Shown here: piece after piece, positions 1 through 12,411 of the stretch
Layout: the number at the start of each line of letters is the position of its first letter
Position numbering within the stretch: the stretch's first letter is position 1
Assembly: GCF_006345805.1 (NCBI RefSeq)
Contig: NC_043005.1
Location: 71,300,001-71,364,000, forward strand
Source of the DNA: Octopus sinensis
Lineage: Eukaryota
DNA: 64,000 bases
Direction: 5' to 3'
The notes under the pieces: model-generated
Databases searched by the model: none
Seen by the model: the letters and a program-made list of their open reading frames with translations, nothing else
Told to the model about the DNA's origin: nothing
Position numbers and translations under genes: made by a program

Positions 1-316
1 AAGCACATGGCTGGGAAGTGCTGCCATACCCACCGTACTCTCTTGATTTGGTACTAACAGATTTCCACCTCTTTCGATCTCTGTCAAATGCTATGTGCAG
101 AGTTTGGTTCAACACTGATGCAAAATTGAGAGCTTGGTTGGATCAATTTTTCGACTCGAAATTAGGTGATTTCTACCAACGAGGTATTGAATATCTTCTT
201 GAACGTTGGGAAGAAGTCGTAAACAACAATGGTGAATACATTATTGATTAATTAGTTGTTATTTTTTATTAAATTTAAATTTTAAAAAACGCGGGAACAT
301 AGTTGCCAACACTATA
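1..316 (+). mobile_element. Mariner (Tc1/mariner) transposon 3' end: transposase C-terminus plus right TIR
   Basis: ORF 18-251 reads YPPYSLDLVLTDFHLFRSL...FYQRGIEYLLERWEEVVNNNGEYIID*, a decayed mariner YSPDLAP(S)D motif and C-terminus. It is followed by TIR-like AAAAACGCGGGAACATAGTTGCCAACACTATA ending in TA. Confidence 0.9.
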
Positions 317-459
317 CATGCAATTCATCAGTATAGGGCTATAGTTTTCTCCAATGTTTCAAAGCAATAAGGATTAAATAATCATGTTAGAATTTTTCAG
401 AACAAATTAAGAGTGAATAAATATGTTGTTACTTGAATTCTCACTGTTCAGCACGTATC

Positions 460-775
460 ATCATCATCATCGTTTAGCGTCCGCTTTCCATGCTAGCATG
501 GGCTGGACAGTTCGACTGGGGTCTGGGAAGCCAGAAGGCTGCACCAGGCCCAGTTTGATCTGGCAATGTTTCTACAGCTGGATGCCCTTCCTAACGCCAA
601 CCACTCCGTGAGTGTAGAGGGTGCTTTTTACGTGCCACCGGCACAGGTGCCAGGCGAGTCTGGCAAACGGCCAAGATCAGTTGGTGCTTTTTATGTGCCA
701 CCGGCACTGGTGCCAGGTGAGGCTGGCAACGACCACGAACGGATGGTGCTTTTTACGTGCCACCGACTTTCCAGT
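460..775 (-). mobile_element. RTE LINE 3'-UTR tail copy (5'-truncated)
   Basis: The minus strand ends ...GGACGCTAAACGATGATGATG. The same tail is attached to RTE coding sequence at 8215, 45250 and 63432. Confidence 0.75.
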
Positions 776-855
776 TTAGCAGACATCAGCAAATAGTTTC
801 TCTGCTGATTCCTATAAACTTGAGCTGGTGCTTTTGTTTGACCCATCTTGGTAAC

Positions 856-904
856 TTTGGCTGATTAGACACACAATGAGGTCGAAACACTAAAGTGTCT
901 CAAA
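856..904 (+). ncRNA. Degenerate type I hammerhead ribozyme (G8U)
   Basis: TTTGG-CTGATTA-GAC(10 nt)GTC-GAAA-CAC(TAAA)GTG-TC/TCAAA. All three stems pair; the core has one substitution. Confidence 0.45.
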
Positions 905-1486
905 ACTCCCTTTTAACTCCCTATTAAACCAGTGAATCACATGTGTATGAACGCACATCATCAGAAGGGAGAAACAAAGAGATGCTCTTTGATGGGGAAA
1001 AGCTACAGCAAACAGAAATCAACTTGGAATCTGCTAGGACACATTAAGAATAAATAGATATAATATTACTATTGTAGAGTATATTTTTCATTTTGAATTG
1101 AGTGTTTGTCTTGGAATTCAGTTTTCACACCACTATGGTGGGAAATATTACATAATAGGTGGAAGCCATTGCAACTAGATGCTGTAATATGTTTATATAA
1201 ATATATGTTTATTATATTTATAAATACACCACAACAGTGATTTAAAACAATCCTTGCCTGAAGATACCAGTTGTTGGAAAATCTAGTCACGAGATAAATA
1301 TTCAATTTAAAGAAACCACATTCATATGCACACTTCTATATGCATATATATATATGCATGTGTATATGTGTGTATTTATATACAAATACACAAAGTTTCT
1401 CTTGATGATTGTGGTAATAACGTGGATAGAAACTATATTGAATAATGACAAATTTCCTTATACTAACCACATTAGGATCAAACATA

Positions 1487-1876
1487 TACTCTTTTACTCT
1501 TTTACTTGTTTCAGTCATTTGACAGCGGCCATGCTGGAGCACCACCTTTAGTCGAGCAAATCGACCCCAGAACTTATTCTTTCTAAGGCCAGTACTTATT
1601 CTATCGGTCTCATTTGCCGAACTGCTAGGTGACGGGGACATAAACACACCAGCATTGGTTGTCAAGCAATGCTAGGGGGACAAACATAGACACACAAACA
1701 TACACACAAATATATACATATGTACGATGGGCTTCTTTGAGATTCTGTCTACCAAATCCACTCACAAGGCTATAGTAGAAGAGACTTGCTCAAGGTGCAA
1801 AGCAGTGGGACTGAACCCGAAACCATGTAGTTGGTAAGCAAGCTACTTACCTTACCACACAGCCACTCCTATGCCT
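1487..1876 (-). mobile_element. tRNA-derived SINE family A
   Basis: Head GGCATAGGAGTGGCTG...GGTTCAGTCCCAC, internal (CA/TA)n, tail GAAACAAGTAAAAGAGTA; more than 12 copies in the window. Confidence 0.85.
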
Positions 1877-2760
1877 ATATTTAATTTTTTTTTTGTCACA
1901 CACTTAATCATCTTCAGCCACAAACACAGATATAGAATAGAAAAAGAACACACAGACACACAAATATACATTCTCTCTCTCTCTCTCTCATGCACACACA
2001 CACATTTTATGGGTTTGTGTGAGTTATCATGTCTTGTTCAAATGGCTGCATTAGAAAGTGATGAGTTAGTAATTATTTCAAGTATTTATTTACACACATA
2101 TATGTGCAACCACATTTATTTATATAAGACATTGTGTCTTATATACTCATTATACTCATATATAATACTTATAGATGTGCATGTATGCATATCAAAATAT
2201 ATAAACACTTACATATGAGCATAGCATGCATGCACATATACATATATGCGTACATACATGTACATATACATATATGCATGCCAGCATGGAACATGGATTT
2301 TAAACGAGAATTTATATATATGTGTGTATGTGTATGTGTGTGTATTTATATATGTGTGGATGTTGTATGCATATAAGTATGCATATACGTGTATATATGC
2401 ATGTGTCTATATGTATTGTGTGTATATCACTATCCTCATCATTTAAACCCCTGCTTCTATGGTGATATATTATATGTATATATGTGTGCGCATGTGTATA
2501 TGTGTGTGTATTATGCACACACAAATATGCATGTGTATGTATATATATATATATGTATGTATTATACATACACATACATACACACACATATATATATATG
2601 CATTATCTATCTATCTATCTATCTATCTATACATATATATATACACACAGATATATATATATATTATATATATATATATATATAATATATATATATATAC
2701 ATATACATATATATGCATGTATTATACATACACATACATACATATATATATATATATGAG

Positions 2761-2808
<48 letters not shown>

Positions 2809-3403
2809 ATACACACATATATACATTTATTTATTTATATATGCACACACATACAATAGCGATAATAACTTGAAGCCATCTGTCTTGTCTCCCACTAACT
2901 GATAAACTCATAAATAAGTAAACTGCAGAATATCCACTTGCAGACTAATTAAAATATTTTCTTCATTGTCATCAATAATTTATAGAACTCTGTGGCAATA
3001 TTGCTATGTGGCAAGAACTACCAATAACGCAGTATTACTTGTTGGATTTGAACTGTCAAATAATAACGCCAACATTTACCAAAGTTTGCCCTTTGGTTCC
3101 TTCCCATCTAAATATGTGTTTTAAGATGAAGAAGATGTAAAAGTAAAATTGAAAAGAAGCAGAAATAATATGTATGTATGTATATATGTATATAGATGTG
3201 TATGTGTGTATATATATAATATATATATAATATATATATATATATTATATATATATAACGATTTAGGAGTGACCCCAATCGTTATATTTATATATTTAGT
3301 CGATGACTATTTTCTCTTTTTCACCAGGCCGCTGGTTGCGATAAATTCTATTGAATTTTTTGCTACCCTAAATTGACTAATATATATATATATATATATA
3401 TAT

Positions 3404-3817
3404 ACTCTTTACTCTTTACTCTTTTACTTGTTTCAGTCATTTGACTGCGGCCATGCTGGAGCACCACCTTTAATCGAGCAACTCGACCCCGGGACTTATT
3501 CTTTTGTAAGCCCAGTACTTATTCTATCGGTCTCTTTTGCCGAACCGCTAAGTGACAGGGACGTAAACACACCAGCATCGGTTGTCAAGCAATGCTAGGG
3601 GGACAAACACAGACACACAAACACACATACACATACATATATATATATATATACATATATACGACAGGCTTCTTTCAGTTTCCGTCTACCAAATCCACTT
3701 ACAAGGCATTGGTCAGCCTGGGGCTATAGCAGAAGACACTTACCCAAGATGCCACGCAGTGGGACTGAACCCGTAACCATGTGGTTGGTTAGCAAGCTAC
3801 TTACCACACAGCCACTC
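3404..3817 (-). mobile_element. tRNA-derived SINE family A
   Basis: Near full-length match to the other family A copies. Confidence 0.85.
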
Positions 3818-3819
3818 AA

Positions 3820-3850
<31 letters not shown>

Positions 3851-3949
3851 ATATATATAGGAGTGTATATGTATGTATGTATGTATATGTTGTTCCATCG
3901 TGTTTAGTTTGAGAAAATTTTTCTTTATTCAACGAAGCTTTCACTGTAG

Positions 3950-4495
<546 letters not shown>

Positions 4496-4496
4496 T

Positions 4497-6988
4497 TTAT
4501 TAACCACAAGCACTTACAAACAATAACATTAAAAGACATGCAACAATGTAAAAATAAAAAAAACTGGACAATACAATGGGTTTTACAGTGTGTAAACAAT
4601 ATATATATAGCAATAACAAATTAAACAGTTTAACACTTCCAATAGGGCAGGCATTTTAAGGTTCCCATGGAAAAACCCACAAAAGCCATGGGTGCCTGAT
4701 CAACAGAGCAAGAGCCCTTCTTTTATTTCTCAGGATTGGTTCTTTCACACTGACCATCCTTCCAACATTCACCCACCTTTCAACAAACTTGCTACAAGGC
4801 AACACTTCCTTTTCCACCCTCAGCTTCCTTCTCAAGTGAAATTTGAAAAAGTTGATGAGGGCTTAGCCAAAGAGGAAAGTGTCTGTCTTTAGCCTTTTCA
4901 AACAGGCAAACCATACTACGCCTTTTTGCTACAGCCACTAGACAAATTAAAAATTGCCTGCCCTCTCCTGGCAAAAAGAGGACGGCGGAGCAATCTTCAC
5001 AATGGATTCAGCTGATAGCCAGATCTGTCCACCATGTGACAGCAGGTGTTCGATATAAATCCACAGGTCAGCAATACTCAGGCACTGAACTAGAGTGTGC
5101 AGAACAGTATCACCGTTCTGGGTGCACCTGGATCAGGCCTAGCTAAAGGCACTTTATCTCGAACAGGCAATGCTCCTCAGTAGTACTGCCAGGCAAGGGA
5201 TTTCTGGAAGTTAACCATAGGCTCAGGCCTGAAAGTTCTCTGAAACAGATCGGTTAGTTGATCTTCATCAATGCCCAGAGTTTTCCTGAGAACATTGTCG
5301 CATGTTTTCTCCACTAGCTGTCTATAGAATGCTTGAGTGGAACTACTACCGACCGCATTGCTCACCTGGTGGAGGGCTGTGAGCACTTAATGGTGCTCGA
5401 GGTGCCAAGCACCTCTCCTTGGTTTATGCCTAATCCAGGTTTACAGCTGAGTCAAAGAGATGAGCTGTGGAAAAGCGTGCCTGACAAACAGTGAAAACAC
5501 CTGCTCACTGTCAGGAAACGCAGGAGATGCTGCAACCTGTGCTCATGTCTGTGCATCAGTAACCATGGCATGCCCAGCCCTCCATTCAGTGGCTGTTGAC
5601 AGAAGATGGAGTGTCTAACCAGTGGAATGTACCCTTTACACAGAAAGCAGAAGAGTAAACACACCAGTTTGGTCAACCAACAACCGGGGCAAGGGACGAC
5701 GGTCAAGCAGTAATAGATGACGGATGCGATATACGCATTCACCACCTCTGCTCAACCTTTCAGGGATAGCTTCCTCTCAGCCCATTTCTGGGTAAGATAC
5801 ACTACTCTGCTCATCACTTCATCCCACTTTTTCTCCACCTGGAGGTTTGGTCCAAACCAGACTCTGAGCAACTTAATCGGATCATCTTTCCAGTACCCTA
5901 TGACACTGTTGGACAGCATGGACTTGCCTCTCCAGGTGCTGAGTAGCAAACCTGCTGACTTTTCTGTATTAATTTTTGCTCCTGTCACCACCACTTCATA
6001 TTCTTGTAGTGTGTTGCTAATGAGCTCTATATGCCTGTGGATCGACACTATGATGGTGACATTATCAGCATAAACAGATACACTTCTCCCACATCCTAGA
6101 TCATATGAGACACCCCTCAAAGACTCCGACTTCTGCAGTAATGGCACAAGAGTCAATATATACAGAAAGGAGAAGAGAGGGCATCGCTGATGGACCAAAC
6201 ACAAGATGTTGAATGGCTCCAATAGGTGACCATTCACCCGAACAGCCAAGTAGATGCTGTTGTACAAAGCAGCGATCCAACTGCAGAAAACTGGACCAAA
6301 ACTGGCTGCCTTGAGGACAGCTGCCAAGTATTGATGGTTGACCCTATCAAAGGCTTTAGTTTGATCTAAATTGAACAGAGCTCCACCCATGCCAGCTTTG
6401 TTACCCACATTCCCTATGTTGTAGTACATAAGATGGAGGTTGTTGTGAATAGTCCTGGTTGGGATGGTGCATGTCATTGCCTCACCAACCAGCTTGTCCA
6501 CAACAAGTGCCAATGTCTTAGCTAACATCTTGGCTGAAATCTTCAACTCAGCATTGAGCAGAGTGATGGGCCAGAAATTTTCTATGATGTTTGTTTGGGT
6601 CCTTTCTCAGCAGTGCCACTACCCCTTGACAGACAAAAGTGGGAATATCTCCCATTCTGCAACCAGTTGCAGTAGACGTCTGCTAAGAGGCCCCAAAACA
6701 AGCCTGGCATTGAAGTAAAAGTCTCGTAGGGCAGACCATTCAAACCTGGCAATCTTACCTCTCATGCAACTCTTCATCGCTTCCTGTATTTCTGTGGCTG
6801 TTATTGGCTTTTTGCAGCACTCCGCCTCACTTGTTGAGAGTCGTGGCAGGCTGCCCAGGTACACATTGGAGTCTGCCCTTTCATCCATCCTACCATTCAT
6901 CCTGAACAGTCAGGCAAAGTACTTCTGGAAGGCGAACACATCTGTTTCAGTTCAAACCCTGCACATCCGTTCTGTGAAAACCGTCAGT
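4497..6988 (-). mobile_element. 5'-truncated L1/Tx1-clade LINE (ORF2 RT to 3' end), frameshifted
   Basis: RT motifs LDQTKAFDRVNHQYL, VHQRCPLFSFLY (decayed QGCPLSP) and YADNV. C-terminal CCHC-like RCTQNGDTVLHTLVQC near 5080-5125. The 3' end runs into the (TTA)n tract. Confidence 0.9.
5752..6546 (-). pseudogene. Reverse transcriptase domain of L1/Tx1 ORF2 (264-aa open segment)
   Basis: ORF track; RT motifs present but degenerate, flanked by frameshifts and stops. Confidence 0.88.
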
Positions 6989-6989
6989 C

Positions 6990-7571
6990 TCATCAAAGTC
7001 ATCAACGACAACCAAGTAGAATTACTTATAACAACCTTCTACACAATTACCGTCATATTCATTATTATTTACACTGTCGTCATCATTATCATCATTATCA
7101 TCATCATCGTCCTCATGAGAAACATTGTCATCATTATTGTCATTATCAGAAGCAGCAGCAGCAGTATCATAAGCATTGTCGTCATCATCATTGTTATTAT
7201 TATCATTGTTGACAATTATTATTATAATTATTATTATCATTGTCAAGATGTTGTTCATCATTATCATCCTCATAGTTCACACCATCATCATCAAAATCAG
7301 AATTATCACTGACAACATCGACAGCCATCATTATCATAATGATCAAATCTGATACTGTCATCATTGACAGCCATTAGCTTCATCACTGTCATCACCATCA
7401 TCATCATCATCATCTGTTCATCATCATCAACAGCATCATCATCATTTGATCATCACCATCGTCGTCATCGTCATCATCGTCATCATCGTCCTAATCATCG
7501 ACATTATCATCATCACCATCGCCGTCGTCGTCGTTGTCATCATCATCATCATCCTCTTCATCATCATCATC

Positions 7572-7605
<34 letters not shown>

Positions 7606-7710
7606 TATCATCATCATCATCATTATTGACAGCCTATAACTACTTATAACACTGCCATCAATGCAATTAACATCAACCCCCATCATCGTCATCACCATCA
7701 TTATTCCTAT
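6990..7710. repeat. Degenerate (CAT/ATT/CGT)n microsatellite array
   Basis: Directly visible. Confidence 0.9.
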
Positions 7711-8034
7711 AATTGTCACTGTATGAAGCTGTCTCTAAAACCTGTAATTAATCTACTTTAACCTCATTCAAACTGAGAGAAGAAAGCAGACAGAGCTCTG
7801 TCAATAGATTGTGAACACACATGCCCTCCTTGGTTCTTCATTAAATCCTTGGGTAGCATATTTAACTCACAATTAATCCAGTTTGCCTTGCTATAAATTG
7901 GTTTCATTAAGTAATTAACCACACACTACAGTAAGCACTAGCATTAATAGTGGTAGCATCCTTATTGACTGAGTAGTCTTCAAATCCAAGGCATTCCAGT
8001 AATGACAACCCCATCTATTTGTCTCTTACTTACT

Positions 8035-8905
8035 TTAATCCTTTAGTACTTAAACCAGCTATATCCAGCCCAAATATTCTACATGTTTAATGTTCAAACT
8101 GGCTGGATCTGGCTTCTCATACTTACCCTACAATGTCATTCTAAAAATAAACAAACACATCACTGAAATCTTGAAGCTACAGGGTAATGCATGATTAATT
8201 CAAAACATTGACCAGTGACCAGTGACCGGGACCTTTGGAAATATACTGTGCTTGAGAAGACCCAACAAGCCAAGTGAGACCATAACCTTGTGGCTTATGC
8301 CAGGGATGTAACCAACCCACTTAGCATACCTTTCTTTCATTGGACACTAAACTATGCTTGCAAAGACCTGTTGAGGCAAGTGAAATCAAAATCGAAATCA
8401 AATTCGATAACTGGCATCTGTGCTGGTGGAGCGCTAAGAGCACAATCCAAGCGTGATCGTTACCAGGGCAACAAACTGGCTTCCATGCCAGTGATATGTG
8501 AAAAAGCACCATTCGAGTGTGATCATTACTAGCGTCACCTTACTGGCACTTGTGCTGGTGGCACATGAAAAAACATTCGAGCGAGGTCATTGCCAGTGCC
8601 ACTGGACTGGCTGCTGTGCAGGTGGCGTGTAAAAAACACCATTTCAGCATGGCTGTTGCCAGTACTGCCTGACTGGCCCTCGTGCCGGTGGCACGTAAAA
8701 GCACCCATGGAGTGGTTGGCGTTAGGAAGGGCATCCAGCTGTAGAAACTCTGCCAGGTCAGATGGGAGCCTGGTGCAGCCATCTGGTTCACCAGTCCTCA
8801 GTCAATTCGTCCAACCCATGCTAGCATGGAAAGCAGACGTTAAACGATGATGATGATTGTGAATAAATAAGCTTTACACTTGACAGAGAAATTTGAAAGC
8901 TAAAA
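8035..8905. mobile_element. TTAA-type MITE (~220 bp; same family as 52759-53584) split by an RTE insertion
   Basis: The left part TTAATCCTTTAGTA...CAAAACATTG and the right part TGAATAAATAAGC...GCTAAAAG are collinear with the reverse complement of the 52759-53584 element. Confidence 0.6.
8215..8858 (+). mobile_element. RTE LINE 3' end (last codons plus full 3' UTR)
   Basis: Starts DRDLWKYTVLEKTQQAK* (RTE C-terminus), contains internal GGTGGCACGTAAAAAGCACC-type repeats, ends GACGTTAAACGATGATGATG. Confidence 0.8.
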
Positions 8906-9168
8906 GAACTGTACATGCACACACAGACACACACACACACACAAACAGTTTGATTCAAACTCTGTGGTACTCTGAGTTTCAAGCGTGTTGCTAGTCATCA
9001 TCCATTAGGAGTCTGAATGAGAATTTGATTGAAGAGAGTCAGTGTTTATAACTAGACGTTAGCTTGTGATTGGTCAAGAAAGGTCATGAGGTATTGCAGT
9101 TTGATGTTGGTATTTCAGTGACAACAATTATTTAGAAAATACTGTATGGTAAACAAGAAATTGACTGT

Positions 9169-9400
9169 ATGGTGGGCAGGAAATTGGTTGTGTGGTTGAT
9201 GGGGAAAAAGGAAGGAGTGGAAAAAGTTGCATATACCCACAACAGCTCCCCATCCCACCCAGCTCTAATTAAAAACCTGGTTTCAGACATTAGCAAACGG
9301 GTGTCTAAACTCTCAGTCAATAGGGAGATCTTTAATAGGTCTACCCACTCTACAATGATACTCTGGCTAGGTTTTTCTTTTTTAACAGGGGCTTTTCCAA
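9169..9400 (+). pseudogene. Penelope-like element RT C-terminal fragment
   Basis: HNSSPSHPALIKNLVSDISKRVSKLSVNREIFN resembles the PLE motif SNHPPSIIKNLP.SISKRISxLSxxxEIF. Confidence 0.6.
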
Positions 9401-9459
9401 ACAAATTCTTAATTTTGTAGAAAGTATCTCTGCATCATTTTCTAAGTGTTTTCCATCAC

Positions 9460-9843
9460 TTGATTATCAAAATGTATAAGTGGGTCATCAATCCTTTTGC
9501 AAGATACAACAGTACACGCCTGCCATTAACATTAACAGAAAAAGAAACTTTAATAGATTTGAAAATCGATCCTGTTCACAAAGCCTCATTTTCTGTGCTA
9601 GAATTGTCAGAATTTTGGATTTTGCTTTGGAGCCAATATCCTCGATTAGCTTCAAAGGCCGTTAAATCTATCTTGCCTCTTGGATCATCATATGTTTGTG
9701 AATTAGGTATCTCTGCACAAATGGAAATTAAGTTAAAAACAAGAATGATTACGGATGGTAGATGAAGAGTTATGCATTTGTTTATCAAATTTAGAGTCGC
9801 ATTTTGATAAAGTTCTTTCTGAAAATCAATTGCATCTCTCACT
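9460..9843 (+). pseudogene. hAT (Buster/Charlie-like) transposase C-terminal dimerization domain relic
   Basis: WVINPF...LIDLKID...LSEFW...YPRLASKAVKSILPLGSSYVCELGIS...IKLKTR, then a decayed ...QLHLSH* ending. Confidence 0.85.
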
Positions 9844-9880
9844 AAAAACATTATTATTGTATTATATTACCTATATAATA

Positions 9881-10285
9881 GGCATAGGAGTGGCTGTGTG
9901 GTAAGTAGCTTGCTTAGAAACCACATGGTTCCGGATTCAGTCCCACTGCGTAGCACCTTGAGCAAGTGTCTTCTACTATAGCCTCGGGTTGACCAAAGCC
10001 TTGTGAGTGGATTTGGTAGACGGAAACTGAAAGAATCATGTCGTATATATGTGTATATATATGTATGTTTGTGTATTTGTTTGTGTGTCTGTGTTTGTCC
10101 CCCCGCAACATGGCTTGACAACCAATGCTGGTGTGTTTACGTCACTGTACCTTAGGGGTTCAGTAGAAGAGACCGATAGAATAAGTACTAGGCTTCCAAA
10201 GAATAAGTCCTGGAGTCGATTTGCTCGACTAAAGACGGTGCTCCAGCATGGCCACAGTCACATGACTGAAACAAGTAAAAGAGTA
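9881..10285 (+). mobile_element. tRNA-derived SINE family A
   Basis: Full-length copy. Confidence 0.85.
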
Positions 10286-10369
10286 TATACATATATTATA
10301 TGTTCAATAAACAATGTTATTTTATTGTTATCATAATAAGAATTTATTTATTTTTATTCATACTATAAA

Positions 10370-10500
10370 GTACAGCAGAACCACGGTTTTCGAACAACTC
10401 TGATCACAAATAAATCATATATTATTTCCTGTTTTACTCATATTCATTTGATACAGTAGTACCTCGGTTTACAAACACCTCTGAACATGAATAAATCATG
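10370..10500 (+). mobile_element. Two direct Tigger/pogo-like TIR fragments
   Basis: TA|CAGCAGAACCACGGTTTTCGAAC and TA|CAGTAGTACCTCGGTTTACAAAC, each followed by similar sequence ending AATAAATCAT. Confidence 0.4.
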
Positions 10501-10850
10501 ATTTATATCTATCTATCTATCTATCTATCTACATATATATATATAAATATATATAGTTATCAGTAACAATAAAGGGTGAAATTAATTAATTTGGAATAAT
10601 TATTAATTACACCAAGTAGATTTCGGCATGTAAAAGCCTCATTCGAGGAAAATTTAAGTAATACTAAGCAATTAAGGGTTTAGCAACGAATTGCCTCACC
10701 ACACACCGAATTTAGAAATAGCAGTCAAAGAGTTATAGCTATTCTTTCTACTAACAGGGAGATCTCAGTAAAAACACAGCATTTGAAAGGCAAACACAGA
10801 CAGGTAAGAGAGAATGAAATGACGGCAATCTATCATACAATTTTAAGTCA

Positions 10851-10941
10851 CCTACGGACGTACGTTTCGAAATCAAGTTTTAGGAAAGCATAAGAATTAG
10901 ATAATTCTACCTTACCCAACTTCTTTTCTCATCAGCGTAGG
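10851..10941 (-). ncRNA. Type I hammerhead ribozyme, intact core
   Basis: CCTACG-CTGATGA-GAAA(long stem II)TTTC-GAAA-C(GTAC)G-TC/CGTAGG; 6-bp stem I, palindromic stem III loop. Confidence 0.85.
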
Positions 10942-11110
10942 ATACTACAATTATGAATAATTGTATATTAAATTTTGAGATACTAGAAGGCATCATCTCA
11001 ACTCAGTGTCACAGCGAGCTAAAGCATTACCAGTACCACGAAATTCAAAGTGTGAATGGAAGTTTGTGTCACCAGCCCCTTTCCACCCGCGTGTAGCCAA
11101 GACAAGAAGA

Positions 11111-11193
11111 GATGAGAAAAGAAGTTGGGTAAGGTAGAATTATCTAATTCTTATGCTTTCCTAAAACTTGATTTCGAAACGTACGTCCGTAGG
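11111..11193 (+). ncRNA. 5'-truncated hammerhead copy (lacks the stem I 5' strand and C3-U4)
   Basis: Begins at GATGAG at the inversion junction; the 3' half GAAACGTACGTCCGTAGG is intact. Confidence 0.7.
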
Positions 11194-11682
11194 TGACTTA
11201 AAATTGTATGATAGATTGCCGTCATTTCATTCTCTCTTACTGTCTGTGTTTGCCTTTCAAGTGCTGTGTTTTTACTGAGATCTCCCTTTTAGTAGAAAGA
11301 ATAGCTATAACTCTTTGACTGCTATTTCTAAATTCGGTGTGTGGTGAGGCAATTCGTTGCTAAACCTTAATTGCTTAGTATTACTTAAATTTTCCTCGAA
11401 TGAGGCTTTTACATGCCGAAATCTACTTGGTGTAATTAATAATTATTCCAAATTAATTAATTTCACCCTTTATTGTTACTGATAACCATATTTTATCCCA
11501 GTAAATGACCACAGCATCTTGTCTTGGCTACACACGGGTGGAAAGGGGCTGGTGACACAAACTTCCATTCACACTTTGAATTTCGTGGTACTGGTAATGC
11601 TTTAGCTCGCTCTGATACTGAGTTGAGATGATGCCTTCTAGTATCTCAAAATTTAATATACAATTATTCATAATTGTAGTAT

Positions 11683-11773
11683 CCTACGCTGATGAGAAAA
11701 GAAGTTGGGTAAGGTAGAATTATCTAATTCTTATGCTTTCCTAAAACTTGATTTCGAAACGTACATCCGTAGG
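11683..11773 (+). ncRNA. Type I hammerhead ribozyme with G16.2A (AUC triplet)
   Basis: Same sequence as 10851-10941 except GAAACGTACATC. Confidence 0.75.
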
Positions 11774-11960
11774 TGACTTAAAATTGTATGATAGATTGCC
11801 GTCATTTCATTCTCTCTTACCTGTCTGTGCTTGCCTTTCAAGTGCTGTGTTTTTACTGAGATCTCCCTGTTAGTAGAAAGAATAGCTATAACTCTTTGAC
11901 TGCTATTTCTAAATTCGGTGTGTGGTGAGGCAATTCGTTGCTAAACCCTTAATTGCTTAG

Positions 11961-12017
<57 letters not shown>

Positions 12018-12029
12018 TTGTGACCCTTC

Positions 12030-12227
12030 TGTCCAGCAGTCACCATGATAGATCGGTAGCCACAACACACATTTTTTTTCTCTCCTAGTTTTTTTTCTGT
12101 GTCCCTTTCTGTAGAAGAGCATAGACTCAAAACAGAAAAGACTTTTTCAATTCCTGAGCGTTATACTAATACATCTGTTTGTTTTCTACACCACCTATCT
12201 TCATCTTTTGCTGTTTTTGTGAACTCT

Positions 12228-12232
<5 letters not shown>
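12030..12232 (+). mobile_element. PLE pseudo-LTR-like end with decayed CUGUNGA HHR fold (12105-12140)
   Basis: Homologous to 38870-39100, 43630-43825 and 48410-48600. Confidence 0.6.
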
Positions 12233-12282
<50 letters not shown>

Positions 12283-12285
<3 letters not shown>

Positions 12286-12410
12286 TCTTTTACTCTTTTA
12301 CTTCTTTCAGTCATTTGTCTGCAGCCATGCTGGAGCACCGCCTTTAGTCAAGCAAATTGACCCCAGGTTTTTTTCTTTGTAAGCTCAATACTTATTCTAT
12401 CGGTCTCTTA
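12283..12410 (-). mobile_element. SINE family A 3' fragment
   Basis: Tail TACTCTTTTACTC...CTATCGGTCTC. Confidence 0.8.
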
Positions 12411-12411
12411 C

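Larger units (their letters stand above)
10556..11963. mobile_element. Young ORF-less HHR-containing element (~580-bp unit; PLE pseudo-LTR/retrozyme-like): one inverted and two tandem copies
   Basis: 10556-11107 is the reverse complement of 11111-11486 and 11517-11963. The plus-strand period is 580 bp (GATGAGAAAA at 11111 and 11691). Only a handful of differences separate the copies. Confidence 0.85.
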
